64,000 nt of DNA from Nostoc sp. Its GTDB lineage: Bacteria > Cyanobacteriota > Cyanobacteriia > Cyanobacteriales > Nostocaceae. Where the stretch lies: assembly GCA_036918135.1 (NCBI GenBank), contig JBALDB010000015.1, positions 1 to 64,000 of the forward strand. Reading direction: 5' to 3'. Made by a program: the position numbers and the translations under genes. Of the stretch, positions 31,113-41,724 are shown one piece after another (positions within the stretch are counted from its first letter, which is position 1; each line of letters starts with the position of its first letter). Under the pieces are notes generated by a model. It was given only the letters and a program-made list of their open reading frames with translations, was not told the origin of the DNA and did not search any database.

Positions 31113-32414
31113 ATGAAAATTAGCATTTTTGGTTTGGGATATGTCGGTGCTGTAACAGCAGCTTGCTTGGCACGAGACGGACATGAAGTCATTGGCGTAG
31201 ATGTTAACCCCGAAAAAGTAGATTTGATCGCTAAGGGAGAATCGCCTATTGTAGAGCCAGGGCTGAGTCAGTTGCTAGTTGACGGAGTGGCGGTTAACTT
31301 AATCACAGCTACTACAGATACTGAAGCGGCAGTGCTAGCATCAGATGTTTCGCTGATTAGTGTTGGCACACCTCCAACAGAAAGGGGAGAACCCGATCTT
31401 AGTTATGTTTGGAGTGTGTGCAAGCAAATTGGGAAAGCTGCTAGCCATAAGAGTGAAAACCATGTAGTTGTGTTGCGTAGCACTGTTCCTCCAGGAACAT
31501 TAGAAAAGTGTCAAAATCTGCTAGAGAGTATTACAGGTAATAGCTCTATCCATCTGGCATTTAACCCAGAATTTTTACGAGAAGGTTCGGCTATCAAAGA
31601 CTACGATCGACCACCTTATACTATTATCGGTACTGAATCTCCCATAGCAGAAGCAGCAGTGCGGCAGATGTACGCCACTGTTGATGCACCCTTCACTGTA
31701 GTCAAACCATCTGTGGCAGAAATGGTTAAATATGTAGCTAATTGCTGGCACGCTGCGAAAGTAGGTTTTGCTAATGAAATCGGACGGGTTGCCAAAGCTT
31801 TTGGTGTAGATGGGCGAGAAGTAATGAACATCATCATACAAGACACAAAATTAAATATTTCCCCTGTTTATATGCGTCCTGGATTTGCCTATGGTGGTTC
31901 GTGTCTGCCCAAAGATTTGAGTGCTTTGCTTTACTATGCACGCAGCATGGATGTACCAGTACCTCTACTAAACGCCCTTCCAACTACTAACAGCCTCCAA
32001 GTTGATTTGGCCGCCCAACAGGTATTACGCCTTGGGGTAAGAAAGATTGCTGTTTTAGGATTGGCATTCAAACCAGGTACAGATGACTTGAGAGAAAGTC
32101 CAGCAGTGCTGTTAGTTAAGCGATTGATTGGGGAAGGATGCCAGGTAAAAATATATGACCAAGCTGTCTATGAAGCTCGGTTAATGGGAACCAATTTAGC
32201 CTATATCCAAAATAACCTCCCTCATTTTGAGGATCTATTAGTTGCAGAACCCCAACAGGCTCTGGAGGATGCAGAAGTAGTAATAGTTACCTATGCTAGT
32301 CCAGAGTTTCGCCAGATATTACACGAAGCGCTCAAAGAAAAACAAATTTTCGATCTAGCTGGTGTCTTTAGTGAACCGATTAAGGAGTTAAATTATTCTG
32401 GTATTGCTTGGTAA
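31113..32414 (+). CDS. NDP-sugar 6-dehydrogenase (UDP-glucose/GDP-mannose dehydrogenase family, AlgD-like)
   Basis: GLGYVG, NPEFLREG, catalytic GGSCLPKD and GLAFKPGTDDLRESP. Confidence 0.93.
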   Translation: MKISIFGLGYVGAVTAACLARDGHEVIGVDVNPEKVDLIAKGESPIVEPGLSQLLVDGVAVNLITATTDTEAAVLASDVSLISVGTPPTERGEPDLSYVWSVCKQIGKAASHKSENHVVVLRSTVPPGTLEKCQNLLESITGNSSIHLAFNPEFLREGSAIKDYDRPPYTIIGTESPIAEAAVRQMYATVDAPFTVVKPSVAEMVKYVANCWHAAKVGFANEIGRVAKAFGVDGREVMNIIIQDTKLNISPVYMRPGFAYGGSCLPKDLSALLYYARSMDVPVPLLNALPTTNSLQVDLAAQQVLRLGVRKIAVLGLAFKPGTDDLRESPAVLLVKRLIGEGCQVKIYDQAVYEARLMGTNLAYIQNNLPHFEDLLVAEPQQALEDAEVVIVTYASPEFRQILHEALKEKQIFDLAGVFSEPIKELNYSGIAW

Positions 32415-33255
32415 ACAAAGAAGTAACTAATGAAATAACTTAAGTATTTTCTGGATATACAGGGTGTCAGTATTATGTAAATAAAAAGATTTTATGCTTA
32501 ATAAGCTCAAGTTATTGTCGCAACTTTAGATTAAACACTCTGAGGCTTGTTATAAGCATCGCTTTAAGTCTGAGAAACTAAACCAAACGATAAATCCTAA
32601 TTTTTGCCTTATTTTTTAACTTTGGTTGCGAACGCTATCTAAAGCGGAAAAATCTTGCATTCAGGTTTACTGAATGTACGAAATTTTAAGCGATCGCCTT
32701 TAGAGTTGGAAAATTAATCAAAGGATAAATCCTGTTTTTTGTTTATACATTAAATAGGTTTTTTATCAAGCATAATTTAGATGCGTTTACCTAATGTTTT
32801 CATGAGTCAAAACAATTCAATACAAGAGCTAATTCTTAAGCAAAAGGTAAAATCAAGCTCAGACAGATAAGATAGTATCAATTACTGAGACAGAAACCAT
32901 ACAGAATTTTATTAGCTCAGTTTTTTGGCAGAAGCAAAAAAAGCGTGTATTATCCTAAGTTTCTCTATATCAATACTCAGAAATTGACGGAAATTCGACG
33001 GATTAAAAATCCTCTGCTAACCTTTGCTTGTAAAGGAGAAAGGCTTGAAAAGCTTAATTTTTCCATAGAGTTAAAGAAATTTAAGCCCTTCTGTGAGGTG
33101 GGGAAGGGGTTCATCGAACTTTTAAGAAAACCGCGTTTTCTTCCGCCCTTCGCGGGGGTGCGCCTTCGTTGTAGACTTACGTAAAATTGCCGAAAGTATT
33201 GTAAAACTAGCAGAATTAACTAAAAATGAGAAACTAATTTAAAGGGAAATGAGAT

Positions 33256-34461
33256 ATGTCTAATAAAGTATTAATAATTGTAGAAAACCTGCCCGTCCCC
33301 TTTGATCGGCGTGTATGGATGGAAGCTACTACGCTAACAAAAGCTGGGTATGAAGTTTCGGTAATTTGTCCCAAAGGTAAAGGCTTTGAAGAAGAATACG
33401 AGGCGATCGATGGCGTTCACATTTATCGCCACTCAATGCCACCTGATATTAGTTCGGTCTCCGGTTATCTACGAGAGTACGGTACAGCGCTTTATTGGGA
33501 GTTTCGCCTTGCTCATCAAGTGTGGCAAGAGCGGGGTTTTGATATAGTCCACATTTGTAATCCTCCAGATTTACTATTTTTGGTAGCAGGGTGGTTCAAG
33601 TTATTCAAAGGTGTAAAAGTCATATTTGATCACCATGATATCAATCTAGAGATGTACGAAGCTAAGTATGGACGACGAGACATATTCTACTATGGACTCT
33701 CCTTGGTTGAAAGATTGACTTTTGCCACAGCTGACGTAGTTATCTCGACTAATGAGTCTTACCTCTCGGTAGCACTTACCCGCGGACGCAAAAGTCCAGA
33801 AGATGTCTTCGTTGTTCGCAGCGGGCCCGATCTTTCCCGCTTTCAACCCCTACCGCCCAACCCAGTCTACCGTAAAGGACGAAAGTATTTGGTGGGATAT
33901 GTTGGTGTCATGGGAGAACCAGAGGGAATCGATTATCTACTCCAATCAGTGCGCTACATTGTCTATGAAAAGAACCGCCAGGACATTCAGTTTATGCTTA
34001 TCGGTAGTGGACCGATGTTTGAAAAGCTTCAAGAATTATCTCAAGAGTTAGAAGTAAATAAATATGTAGAATTTACAGGCCGTATTCCTGATAATGAACT
34101 TTTAGAAAGACTTTCCAGCTGTGATATATGTGCCAACCCCGATAAAAAAATGCCCTACAATGACAGTTCGACGATGAACAAGATTATGGAGTACATGGCA
34201 ATGGGAAAACCCATTGTTCAGTTTGACCTTTTGGAAGGAAGGCGATCGGCAGAAGCAGCATCTGTTTATGCAAAAGGTAATGACGTGGTGGATTTTGCCG
34301 AGAACATTCTTGAACTTCTAGAGGATACTCAGCGACGCCAGCAGATGGGAGAACTAGGTAGACAAAGAATGGTGGACAAACTAGAGTGGCGACATCAAGT
34401 ACCTAAGCTATTAGAGGCTTATAAGAAAGCTTGGCAAGGTAAGAAAGATTCCAGTCCTTAA
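33256..34461 (+). CDS. Glycosyltransferase family 4
   Basis: VENLPVPFDRRVW, FDHHD and NKIMEYMAMGKPIV; GT-B layout. Confidence 0.9.
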   Translation: MSNKVLIIVENLPVPFDRRVWMEATTLTKAGYEVSVICPKGKGFEEEYEAIDGVHIYRHSMPPDISSVSGYLREYGTALYWEFRLAHQVWQERGFDIVHICNPPDLLFLVAGWFKLFKGVKVIFDHHDINLEMYEAKYGRRDIFYYGLSLVERLTFATADVVISTNESYLSVALTRGRKSPEDVFVVRSGPDLSRFQPLPPNPVYRKGRKYLVGYVGVMGEPEGIDYLLQSVRYIVYEKNRQDIQFMLIGSGPMFEKLQELSQELEVNKYVEFTGRIPDNELLERLSSCDICANPDKKMPYNDSSTMNKIMEYMAMGKPIVQFDLLEGRRSAEAASVYAKGNDVVDFAENILELLEDTQRRQQMGELGRQRMVDKLEWRHQVPKLLEAYKKAWQGKKDSSP

Positions 34462-34954
34462 TCCAGAAAGTAACTTTAACACTTACGCTCAAAATCTTTG
34501 AAAGAACGTGCTGCTTCTAAATAATTGATTCATGATGCGGCAGGTCATTGATAACAATCTTGTCTGAAATTTAGAATTATCTGGCAGTTTTTGCTCAAAA
34601 GCAAACCAGCGATCGCTGTTGGAAGTAGAGGATAAAGCGATCGCTACACTGGCTTGCTTTGATTCCAACCTTGGTGATGATGCTACACTAAGACTTTGTA
34701 TCACTCAATGGTAACCGCAAGCTAAATCAGCTTCAACTAGTATTGCATTTACTTTTAATAACGCTCCTCAAGATTAATAGATGTTGGCTTGAGATCGGTA
34801 AAACCAAAGCCTGTAAATGATTTGAGCGCTTTGTCACTTAAATAGTTTATACTATATGTCATATTGTAAAATAACGTTAGTTTTACCAATAGCTGTGCAT
34901 TGTACCTAGTTAGATAAAGTTCGATATTGAATTGCTCGCTTAAAACCTCTACTT

Positions 34955-37192
34955 TTGACCATTATGTTAGAAAAATCTACCGAATCTAGAGAATCTATTG
35001 ATTTAGACCTTGGTCGTTACTTATCGACATTGAAGCGGTACTGGCTCCCTGGTGTCACTGTATTCGTTGCTACAGTTGTACTGAGTGCAGTAGCTACAAG
35101 ATTTATGAGACCATCCTATGAAGCAGAAGGAAAACTTTTGTTTAAAATTCCCTCTTATCAAGTATTAGGATCTAATCTTTTGCCGACAACCACTGAAGGA
35201 GAATCTCCTGGAGATTTAAAATCGCTATTAGCCACTCAAAATCCTATAAACACTCAAATAGAAGTCATTTCTTCCCCTGCTTTATTGCAGAAGACAATAG
35301 ATAAATTAAAACTCAAAGACGATGACGGTGAACCTTTGACAGTAAAAGCTTTACTAAAGTCACTGGTACTAAAAATTGTCCCAGGAACAGATGTGGTGAG
35401 AATTACTTATTCCAGCCATAATCCTGAAGAAGCTGCGGCAATAGTCAACACAGTGATGAATGATTATTTAGAAAACGATATTATCTCAAATCGTTCAGAG
35501 GCATCAGCAACTCGTCAATTTATTGCTAAGCAGATTCCGAAAACTCAAGAGGCTGTTGACAAAGCAGAACGAGAGCTACGTATATTTAAACAGAAAAACC
35601 GCATTACAGACCTATCAGAAGAAACAAGGTCAGCCGTTGGGATTATTGGAAATTTAAACAGCGAGATTAATACTGTTCAGGCTCAATTAAATGAAGTCAA
35701 CGCTCAAACCAATGAACTGCAGCAGAAAGTAAATTTAAATTCTCAAAACGCGCTTGCTGTAAGTAGTCTTAGTCAGTCACCTGCTGTACAAGGAATCCTG
35801 ACACAACTTCAAGATACTGACCGACAGTTAGCTACTGAGCGTAGCCGCTTCCAAGATGATAACCCAACAATTATTAGTCTGGAAGCAAAAAAAGCTAACT
35901 TAAGAGCTTTGCTACAGCAGCAAATTTCTCAGACTGTTGGTAACAATACAGAAGTTCCTCAGAATCTATTGCAGATTGGAGAACTTAGACAAACCCTGAT
36001 CCAAAATTTTCTACAGTCACAAGTGCAACGTTTTGGCTTAAGCCAAAGACTCGCCTCTTTGTATAATTCCCGCTCTAACTACGAACAGCGCATGAAAGTT
36101 ATACCACAGTTAGTACAGAATCAGCGTGAGTTAGAGCGGAAAGTTGAAGTTGCAGAATCAACATATCAAACTGTATTGAAAAAGGTTCAAGAATTACAGT
36201 TAGTTGAGAACACGAATACGCCCAGTTCTCGAATTATTGTTCAAGCTATAGTGCCTACTGACCCACTAATAATTAAAAAAATTATCGTTTTGCTGCTAGG
36301 AGTGATGTTTGGTTTATTCTTGGCTGCTACAACTATTATGTTGTTAGGTATGAGAGATAGATCTCTAAAAACACTTAAGGAAGTCAGAGATATATTTAGA
36401 TATACTTTACTGGGAATTGTTCCTTTATCTGTTAAAAAAGTTCGTTCTCGTTATTCAAGTGCAGAATCAATAACTCAAAAGATTGCTGTCCGAGATACAC
36501 CTTACTCCTTAACAAGTGAAATGTATCGGATGATTCAAGCTAATCTAAAATTTTTGAGTTCAGATAAAGTACTCAAAACAATTGTGGTAACTAGCGCAGT
36601 TCCCAAAGAAGGTAAATCTACAGTTTCAGCTAATTTGGCAGCAGCGATCGCTCAGTTAGGACGTAAAGTTTTATTAATTGATGCAGATATGCGAGTTCCT
36701 TCTCAGCATCATCTGTGGCAACTAACCAATGCAGTTGGTTTAAGCGAGGTTCTTGTCGGTCAAGCTGAATTTAATATAGCTGTATCTAAAGTAATGGATA
36801 ATCTTGATGTATTAACTGCTGGAGTTAGACCTCCTAACCCACTTGCTCTGCTTGACTCAAAACGTATGGCATCATTAATTGACAATTTTTCATCTCAATA
36901 TAACTATGATTTTGTAATTATTGATGCTCCTCCGCTTCTTTTAGCGGCTGATGCTTTGACTTTAAGCCAAATGACTGATGGGATTTTATTAGTGGCTCGA
37001 CCTGGAGTAATTGATTCTAACAGTGCTAACGCTGCTCAAGAGATGTTAGAGAGATCTAACTATAATGTCTTAGGTTTAGTGGTCAATGGAATCATTGACA
37101 AAAATGAATCTAGTACTTATTTGTATCATGGTCACGAATATTTTCAACCAAGAGAGTTAAAAAAAGAGCTTAAGGGACTTGCGAAAAAATAA
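34955..37192 (+). CDS. wzc: Polysaccharide co-polymerase / tyrosine autokinase (Wzc/GumC)
   Basis: Two TMs flanking a coiled coil; Walker A SAVPKEGKST, IDADMR, IIDAPP and a Tyr-containing tail YLYHGHEY. Confidence 0.93.
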   Translation: MTIMLEKSTESRESIDLDLGRYLSTLKRYWLPGVTVFVATVVLSAVATRFMRPSYEAEGKLLFKIPSYQVLGSNLLPTTTEGESPGDLKSLLATQNPINTQIEVISSPALLQKTIDKLKLKDDDGEPLTVKALLKSLVLKIVPGTDVVRITYSSHNPEEAAAIVNTVMNDYLENDIISNRSEASATRQFIAKQIPKTQEAVDKAERELRIFKQKNRITDLSEETRSAVGIIGNLNSEINTVQAQLNEVNAQTNELQQKVNLNSQNALAVSSLSQSPAVQGILTQLQDTDRQLATERSRFQDDNPTIISLEAKKANLRALLQQQISQTVGNNTEVPQNLLQIGELRQTLIQNFLQSQVQRFGLSQRLASLYNSRSNYEQRMKVIPQLVQNQRELERKVEVAESTYQTVLKKVQELQLVENTNTPSSRIIVQAIVPTDPLIIKKIIVLLLGVMFGLFLAATTIMLLGMRDRSLKTLKEVRDIFRYTLLGIVPLSVKKVRSRYSSAESITQKIAVRDTPYSLTSEMYRMIQANLKFLSSDKVLKTIVVTSAVPKEGKSTVSANLAAAIAQLGRKVLLIDADMRVPSQHHLWQLTNAVGLSEVLVGQAEFNIAVSKVMDNLDVLTAGVRPPNPLALLDSKRMASLIDNFSSQYNYDFVIIDAPPLLLAADALTLSQMTDGILLVARPGVIDSNSANAAQEMLERSNYNVLGLVVNGIIDKNESSTYLYHGHEYFQPRELKKELKGLAKK

Positions 37193-37454
37193 AAACTTTC
37201 ACAGTTTATGTTTACTCGTACCAATTCCTTTATAATAAGGCAAAATTAGCGGAGCTTTCCTTGCTCCGCTTGTGGGCAAGGTTTAATGGTATCAATATGA
37301 TTGCAATAATGGTCTGATTATGATGTTTGCCAAATCATCGGTTATATGGAATTGTGAGTGAAACGACGCAATCATAAGATTTTCGGGATTGCTTACCTCA
37401 GGTTTGAATGAGGTTATTTGAGCAAACATGAGATCGAAGAATGAAAGCTAAGAC

Positions 37455-37892
37455 TTATGTATTGTAGATTGCACTCTTGAGTCAGCCATTTTTGAATTTG
37501 GATGTAACTCTTAAATTATTGAGGTTGACTGAGACGTTCTTTGAGTTGGCTCATAACATTTGCTGGTATTAAACCTGGCTTACCAAGAGGTATTTTGACT
37601 TCCAGCAATGCATCGATCCCGCCTTGCTGATACCGTCTTAACCAACAATATACTGTTGATTCATCTCGTCCTAATCGCTGCGACAGTTCTTGCCTTGTTG
37701 CGATCGCTTGAGTTTTGAACCAGCAGAGCATTTGTACTCTCTGTTTCGTTGCAGCAGTTACCGCCTGACGCAATCGGTGTTATAATTCTTCACTACTTTC
37801 ACGCACATTCCACCGGAAATTGATTAACCATGCTCCTGCATCCCGATCTATCCCTCAATTAATTTAGTGCATCTTCATGGAGAATTGGTATA
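37455..37892 (-). pseudogene. IS630-family transposase remnant (N-terminal HTH part) with one element end
   Basis: ATG 37831 after GGAG, a +1 frameshift and in-frame stops in RESSEEL*HRLRQA...TRQELSQRLGRDESTVYCWLRRYQQGG...PQ*FKSYIQIQKWL. End sequence GAATTGGTA-TA at 37882-37892, with a possible partner TACCAATTC at 37219-37227. Confidence 0.8.
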
Positions 37893-37956
37893 AGTCATAA
37901 AAGTGATTGCATCGCCAAAATAGCGCGTTTTTAGTTGGTTTATAAATTACAAAACA

Positions 37957-38004
37957 GGTTGTAGACAAAAACTTTGTATAAATCAGAATTTTGTCATACA
38001 ACCC
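37957..38004 (-). terminator. Inverted repeat just downstream of the beta-helix gene
   Basis: GGTTGTAGACAAAA ... TTTTGTCATACAACC imperfect stem. Confidence 0.4.
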
Positions 38005-38023
38005 GATACCATGCTATTGATTA

Positions 38024-39460
38024 CTACTGCATTTCGTATGCTCCTCTATCGGGTCCTGAACCCCTTACACGAGGGTTGCCTAGAATATCGGTTGTTAAAT
38101 AACTAAACTTAGAACCACTATTGATTGCTCGACTGGTTGATTTAAGTCTAAAATCGCCTCCGGAGGCATTAACAAACTGTGGATCTGCGATAATATCATT
38201 CGGACCACTACCACTTGCATCATAACCGTTATTGTTGTAAAGGTTATAGTTAAAAGTAGTATTGGTATTTTTGCTACTGTCTACATTTATCGGTGCGCCA
38301 CTTCGAGAATAAAGGATGTTATTGAGAACTTGGACATTACGGGTATCATTGAGCGAGATTTGCCCATATGGAATTCCTGGAGACTGGTTATTCAGATAAG
38401 AAGTGTTATGGATAATATCGAGCTTGTCACTTCTGAATGCATGAATGCCGCCACCACCATTTAGGTATACGACGTTGTTGGCAACCAAACTATTGCCTTG
38501 ATATCCAGATTCTCTTAAGCGATCAAAAATTATTCCGTTACCATCTTGGATCTTGCCGTTAAAAATCCAGGGAACATACATTCGATTTCTGTATACCTTG
38601 TTCCTTGTTATGATATTTCTATACTTCTGGCTATTGTCATTGCCATAGTTCCAATTTCTGAGCATCGAAATGCCACTACCCCCAAACGGTGAATACCAGG
38701 CATTATTGAATATTTCGTTTCCATCCACTGTCAGATAGTCAGTTTCAAGTGCTGAAATGCCTCCTGCTCCACAATCATGTAGTTTGCTGTTGAGAATACG
38801 TACATGATGAGGATGAGCTTTTGTTCGTCCATCTACACTGATACAGCTTCCACTTGTTAGCGGGTTGTTAGTATTCTTCTTTTGGCTCAGGGCATAACTA
38901 AGAGTTATATTACTATTGTTTCCTTCAACTTCCAAATCGTTTACTTCGATATACGAAGCTCCATCTTTAATCCAAATTCCATGCCATCCATCGAACTTAA
39001 TTTTCGGCGAATGTCCAGGATACGCTTTATATTTAATCCATGCATTTGCCGAACCAGAGCGTGTAATATCTATTACTGTTCCATTTGGGTTTGAATTCGT
39101 GTATACTCCGTTCATCAGGAGTACTGTGTCGCCAGGGTTGGTAAGGTTTGCCGCCCTTTGAGGTGTTCTAAAGGGAGATGATGCAGTAAGTCCGCTATTT
39201 GTATCTTTTCCACTACCACTAACATAGTATGTTGTCGTAGCAGCCGTAGTAGCACTGATTAGGTTGCGGTTAGGTAGTTTCTTTTCCTGAACAGTAGATG
39301 ACAGAGGAACATCTGTAACTACAGACTCTGTTATTTTCTGTCCTTGAAGCATACCAGTTAATGCCCAGGGAAGTACAACAGATGCACTCAAACTGAGAAA
39401 ACTTAAACCATGAATCATCATAGGGAAAAAAAGGTTATGTTGCAAAAACTGAACTGTCAA
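38024..39460 (-). CDS. Secreted right-handed parallel beta-helix protein (pectate-lyase-like fold)
   Basis: Hydrophobic N-terminus; YYVSGSGKDTNSG..SPFRT..A..PGDTVL; Asn-ladder repeats; C-terminal DPQFVN...DFRL...AIN.G...D..GNPR..DRGAYE. The start may be ATG 39421. Confidence 0.85.
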   Translation of the reverse strand: MTVQFLQHNLFFPMMIHGLSFLSLSASVVLPWALTGMLQGQKITESVVTDVPLSSTVQEKKLPNRNLISATTAATTTYYVSGSGKDTNSGLTASSPFRTPQRAANLTNPGDTVLLMNGVYTNSNPNGTVIDITRSGSANAWIKYKAYPGHSPKIKFDGWHGIWIKDGASYIEVNDLEVEGNNSNITLSYALSQKKNTNNPLTSGSCISVDGRTKAHPHHVRILNSKLHDCGAGGISALETDYLTVDGNEIFNNAWYSPFGGSGISMLRNWNYGNDNSQKYRNIITRNKVYRNRMYVPWIFNGKIQDGNGIIFDRLRESGYQGNSLVANNVVYLNGGGGIHAFRSDKLDIIHNTSYLNNQSPGIPYGQISLNDTRNVQVLNNILYSRSGAPINVDSSKNTNTTFNYNLYNNNGYDASGSGPNDIIADPQFVNASGGDFRLKSTSRAINSGSKFSYLTTDILGNPRVRGSGPDRGAYEMQ

Positions 39461-40254
39461 CGGTTACTAACTCTAGCCTTAGTAAGTAACTCAGCGTTCA
39501 ATACGAGCGTATAACTGCCGTTTGTAAGTTTATACACGGTTTTTTAGGTTTTAACCTGCGAATTTCCGCGTAAATATTGTGGAAATGCTTTTTGAGATTG
39601 TGTTCCAAAAATTGGTAAAACTGCATAAAAAATACTGAAAATAGATTATCAGTATCCATAATTACCTTTTTAATGGACACCAAGCATCCGTACAAATGGC
39701 ATCATTTCTAATTGGACATCATTCTACTGTGTATATGTGGGATCTGTAATTAAGATCGTGTATATCTCATCAATCACTTAATTTACTTAAATAATACTTA
39801 TATTAATAAGAATCATAATATGGGTAAAAACAAGACACAGACTAGTATTGCTCACCTTGGATTCTAAAATATTCTCATTATCAGAAGAATTTAGAGTAAC
39901 TATAATAAACTTTTAAAAAGGCTATCAATGCAGTTAGAAAATTTTCCGTAAAATTTATAGGTTATATAATATTTGTCAATAAGTAATAGTACTCAAGAGT
40001 ATGTGAAATCTTTGTTTTATACTCAAATTTTATTTTTGAGTAAGCGATAACCTAAGGGCAGCCTATTCTGTAACTTACTCTTGTTTTGCATTATCAATCT
40101 ATAGTTGTTTTGTGTTTATTCTTAAACTATTGAACCTTAACTGATGGCTTAATTTATTGTGAAGCACTTGCTTTTCTAGGAGTATGGATGTAATGATAAT
40201 AAGATTATGGGGACAGGAAAGGTTAACCAAAGCCCCCAATTTAACCGGAATAAA

Positions 40255-41724
40255 CTAAAGTCCGAATAGCCTCAAAACACTGAAGATAAGACCTAGAGGC
40301 GAAGCCACAAGGCCTGCGGTATCGCCGACTTTTGCTCCGCCGGAGCGACTGACTACTACAACATCATTATTGCGAAGTATGGGATTAGTTTGCTCGTTAA
40401 TCCCAGCCGAGAAATCGACTTTTACTACACGTTTAGTGACAGAACCATTAGGATTAAGACGAATCAAATCAACAGCATCATCACTAGCTCTAGCATCATT
40501 AAATCCGCCAGCAGCAAGTATAGCTTGATTTAAAGAGCTATTCGGCTGAATTTGTGTTAATCCTGGCTTTTTAACTTCCCCAACTACACCAACTTGAATG
40601 TTTGCAGGAGACAAAGTAGTTGTAGCTAGTTGAGTTGCTTCTGCTGGGTTGATTTCAGTTGCTGTTGGGATAACAATTGTATCTCCGTCTTGGACGATGA
40701 TATCTTGATTGGCATCACCACTCTGCAACAATTGCCAAAGATTGATATCTATGGCTTGTTCTGAGCCAGTCCTTGTAAGTCGGCGTAGCTTAAGATTACG
40801 AATATCTGCTTGTGCTGTAATTCCACCGGCTAATTGAATTACTCGTGTTACATTTGGTAGACCAGTAGGAGTAGCTGTACCACTGTTAGGGGTTGCGCTT
40901 CCCTGATCGTTTAGGCTACCAGGGGTAACTAAATAGGAACCTGGACGGTTAACTTCACCAATAATTGTTACTGTGCGGGGTGTGGTTTGACTGGCGGCAA
41001 AGTTAGCTGCAAATAAATTGCGCGATTCTGCTACGTCAAAGTTACTTGCAGTTGGCACAACTATTGTGTCTCCATCCCGCAAGGTAATATCTTGTGATAA
41101 TGTACCTGTTTGGATAAGTTGCTTCAAGTTTAGAGTGACGACTTGCTCTGAAGAACGTCCAAATTTGCGCCGTAATTGAACTTGAGTTACATCCGCAGCC
41201 AGTGTCACTCCTTGGGCTGTTGTCAATGCAGCTAATACAGTAGGATATTGTACGCCTGGATTGTCTCCAGCGCCTCCGCTCAAGCTCAAAGTATAAGCTC
41301 CTGGACGTGTCACCTCTCCAGCAACAAAAACATTGATCGGACGAGGTGATAATAAATTGACTGAGATCAAAGGACGTTTGAGGAAGCGAGCATATCTTCT
41401 AGCTATTTCATCAGATGCCTGTTCGGTTGTTAATCCAAGAACTGGAACACTGCCAATTAAAGGTAGGTTAATCGCTCCTCCTGGGGGAATTTGGTATTCA
41501 CCTGTATATTCTGGTACTTCAAATACATTTACACGTATGCGATCGCCCCCTCCTAATAAATAATTAGTATCTAATTGTGTTTGTGTATTCGGTATTTCTG
41601 TAGCTGGTGCTGCTGGTTGACCCTGAGCTAGGCTAGCAAAAGGTACAGCAACATTGACAGCAGTTAATAAAGCTGCACCCACAAGTGGCTGAGTAAGCGA
41701 TTTAAACAAATTTGTCTTAAGCAT
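40255..41724 (-). CDS. wza: Polysaccharide export outer-membrane protein (Wza/OPX, SLBB repeats)
   Basis: YLLGGGDRIRVNVF...GAINLPLIG and three GEV..PG SLBB repeats; same synteny as Anabaena all4388 next to hisB/fabI/ntcA. Confidence 0.92.
   Translation of the reverse strand: MLKTNLFKSLTQPLVGAALLTAVNVAVPFASLAQGQPAAPATEIPNTQTQLDTNYLLGGGDRIRVNVFEVPEYTGEYQIPPGGAINLPLIGSVPVLGLTTEQASDEIARRYARFLKRPLISVNLLSPRPINVFVAGEVTRPGAYTLSLSGGAGDNPGVQYPTVLAALTTAQGVTLAADVTQVQLRRKFGRSSEQVVTLNLKQLIQTGTLSQDITLRDGDTIVVPTASNFDVAESRNLFAANFAASQTTPRTVTIIGEVNRPGSYLVTPGSLNDQGSATPNSGTATPTGLPNVTRVIQLAGGITAQADIRNLKLRRLTRTGSEQAIDINLWQLLQSGDANQDIIVQDGDTIVIPTATEINPAEATQLATTTLSPANIQVGVVGEVKKPGLTQIQPNSSLNQAILAAGGFNDARASDDAVDLIRLNPNGSVTKRVVKVDFSAGINEQTNPILRNNDVVVVSRSGGAKVGDTAGLVASPLGLIFSVLRLFGL

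Noticed and set aside
34489..34704. 71-aa minus-strand ORF between GT4 and wzc
   Set aside because: Antisense to the operon, non-ATG start and no motif, so it cannot be supported.
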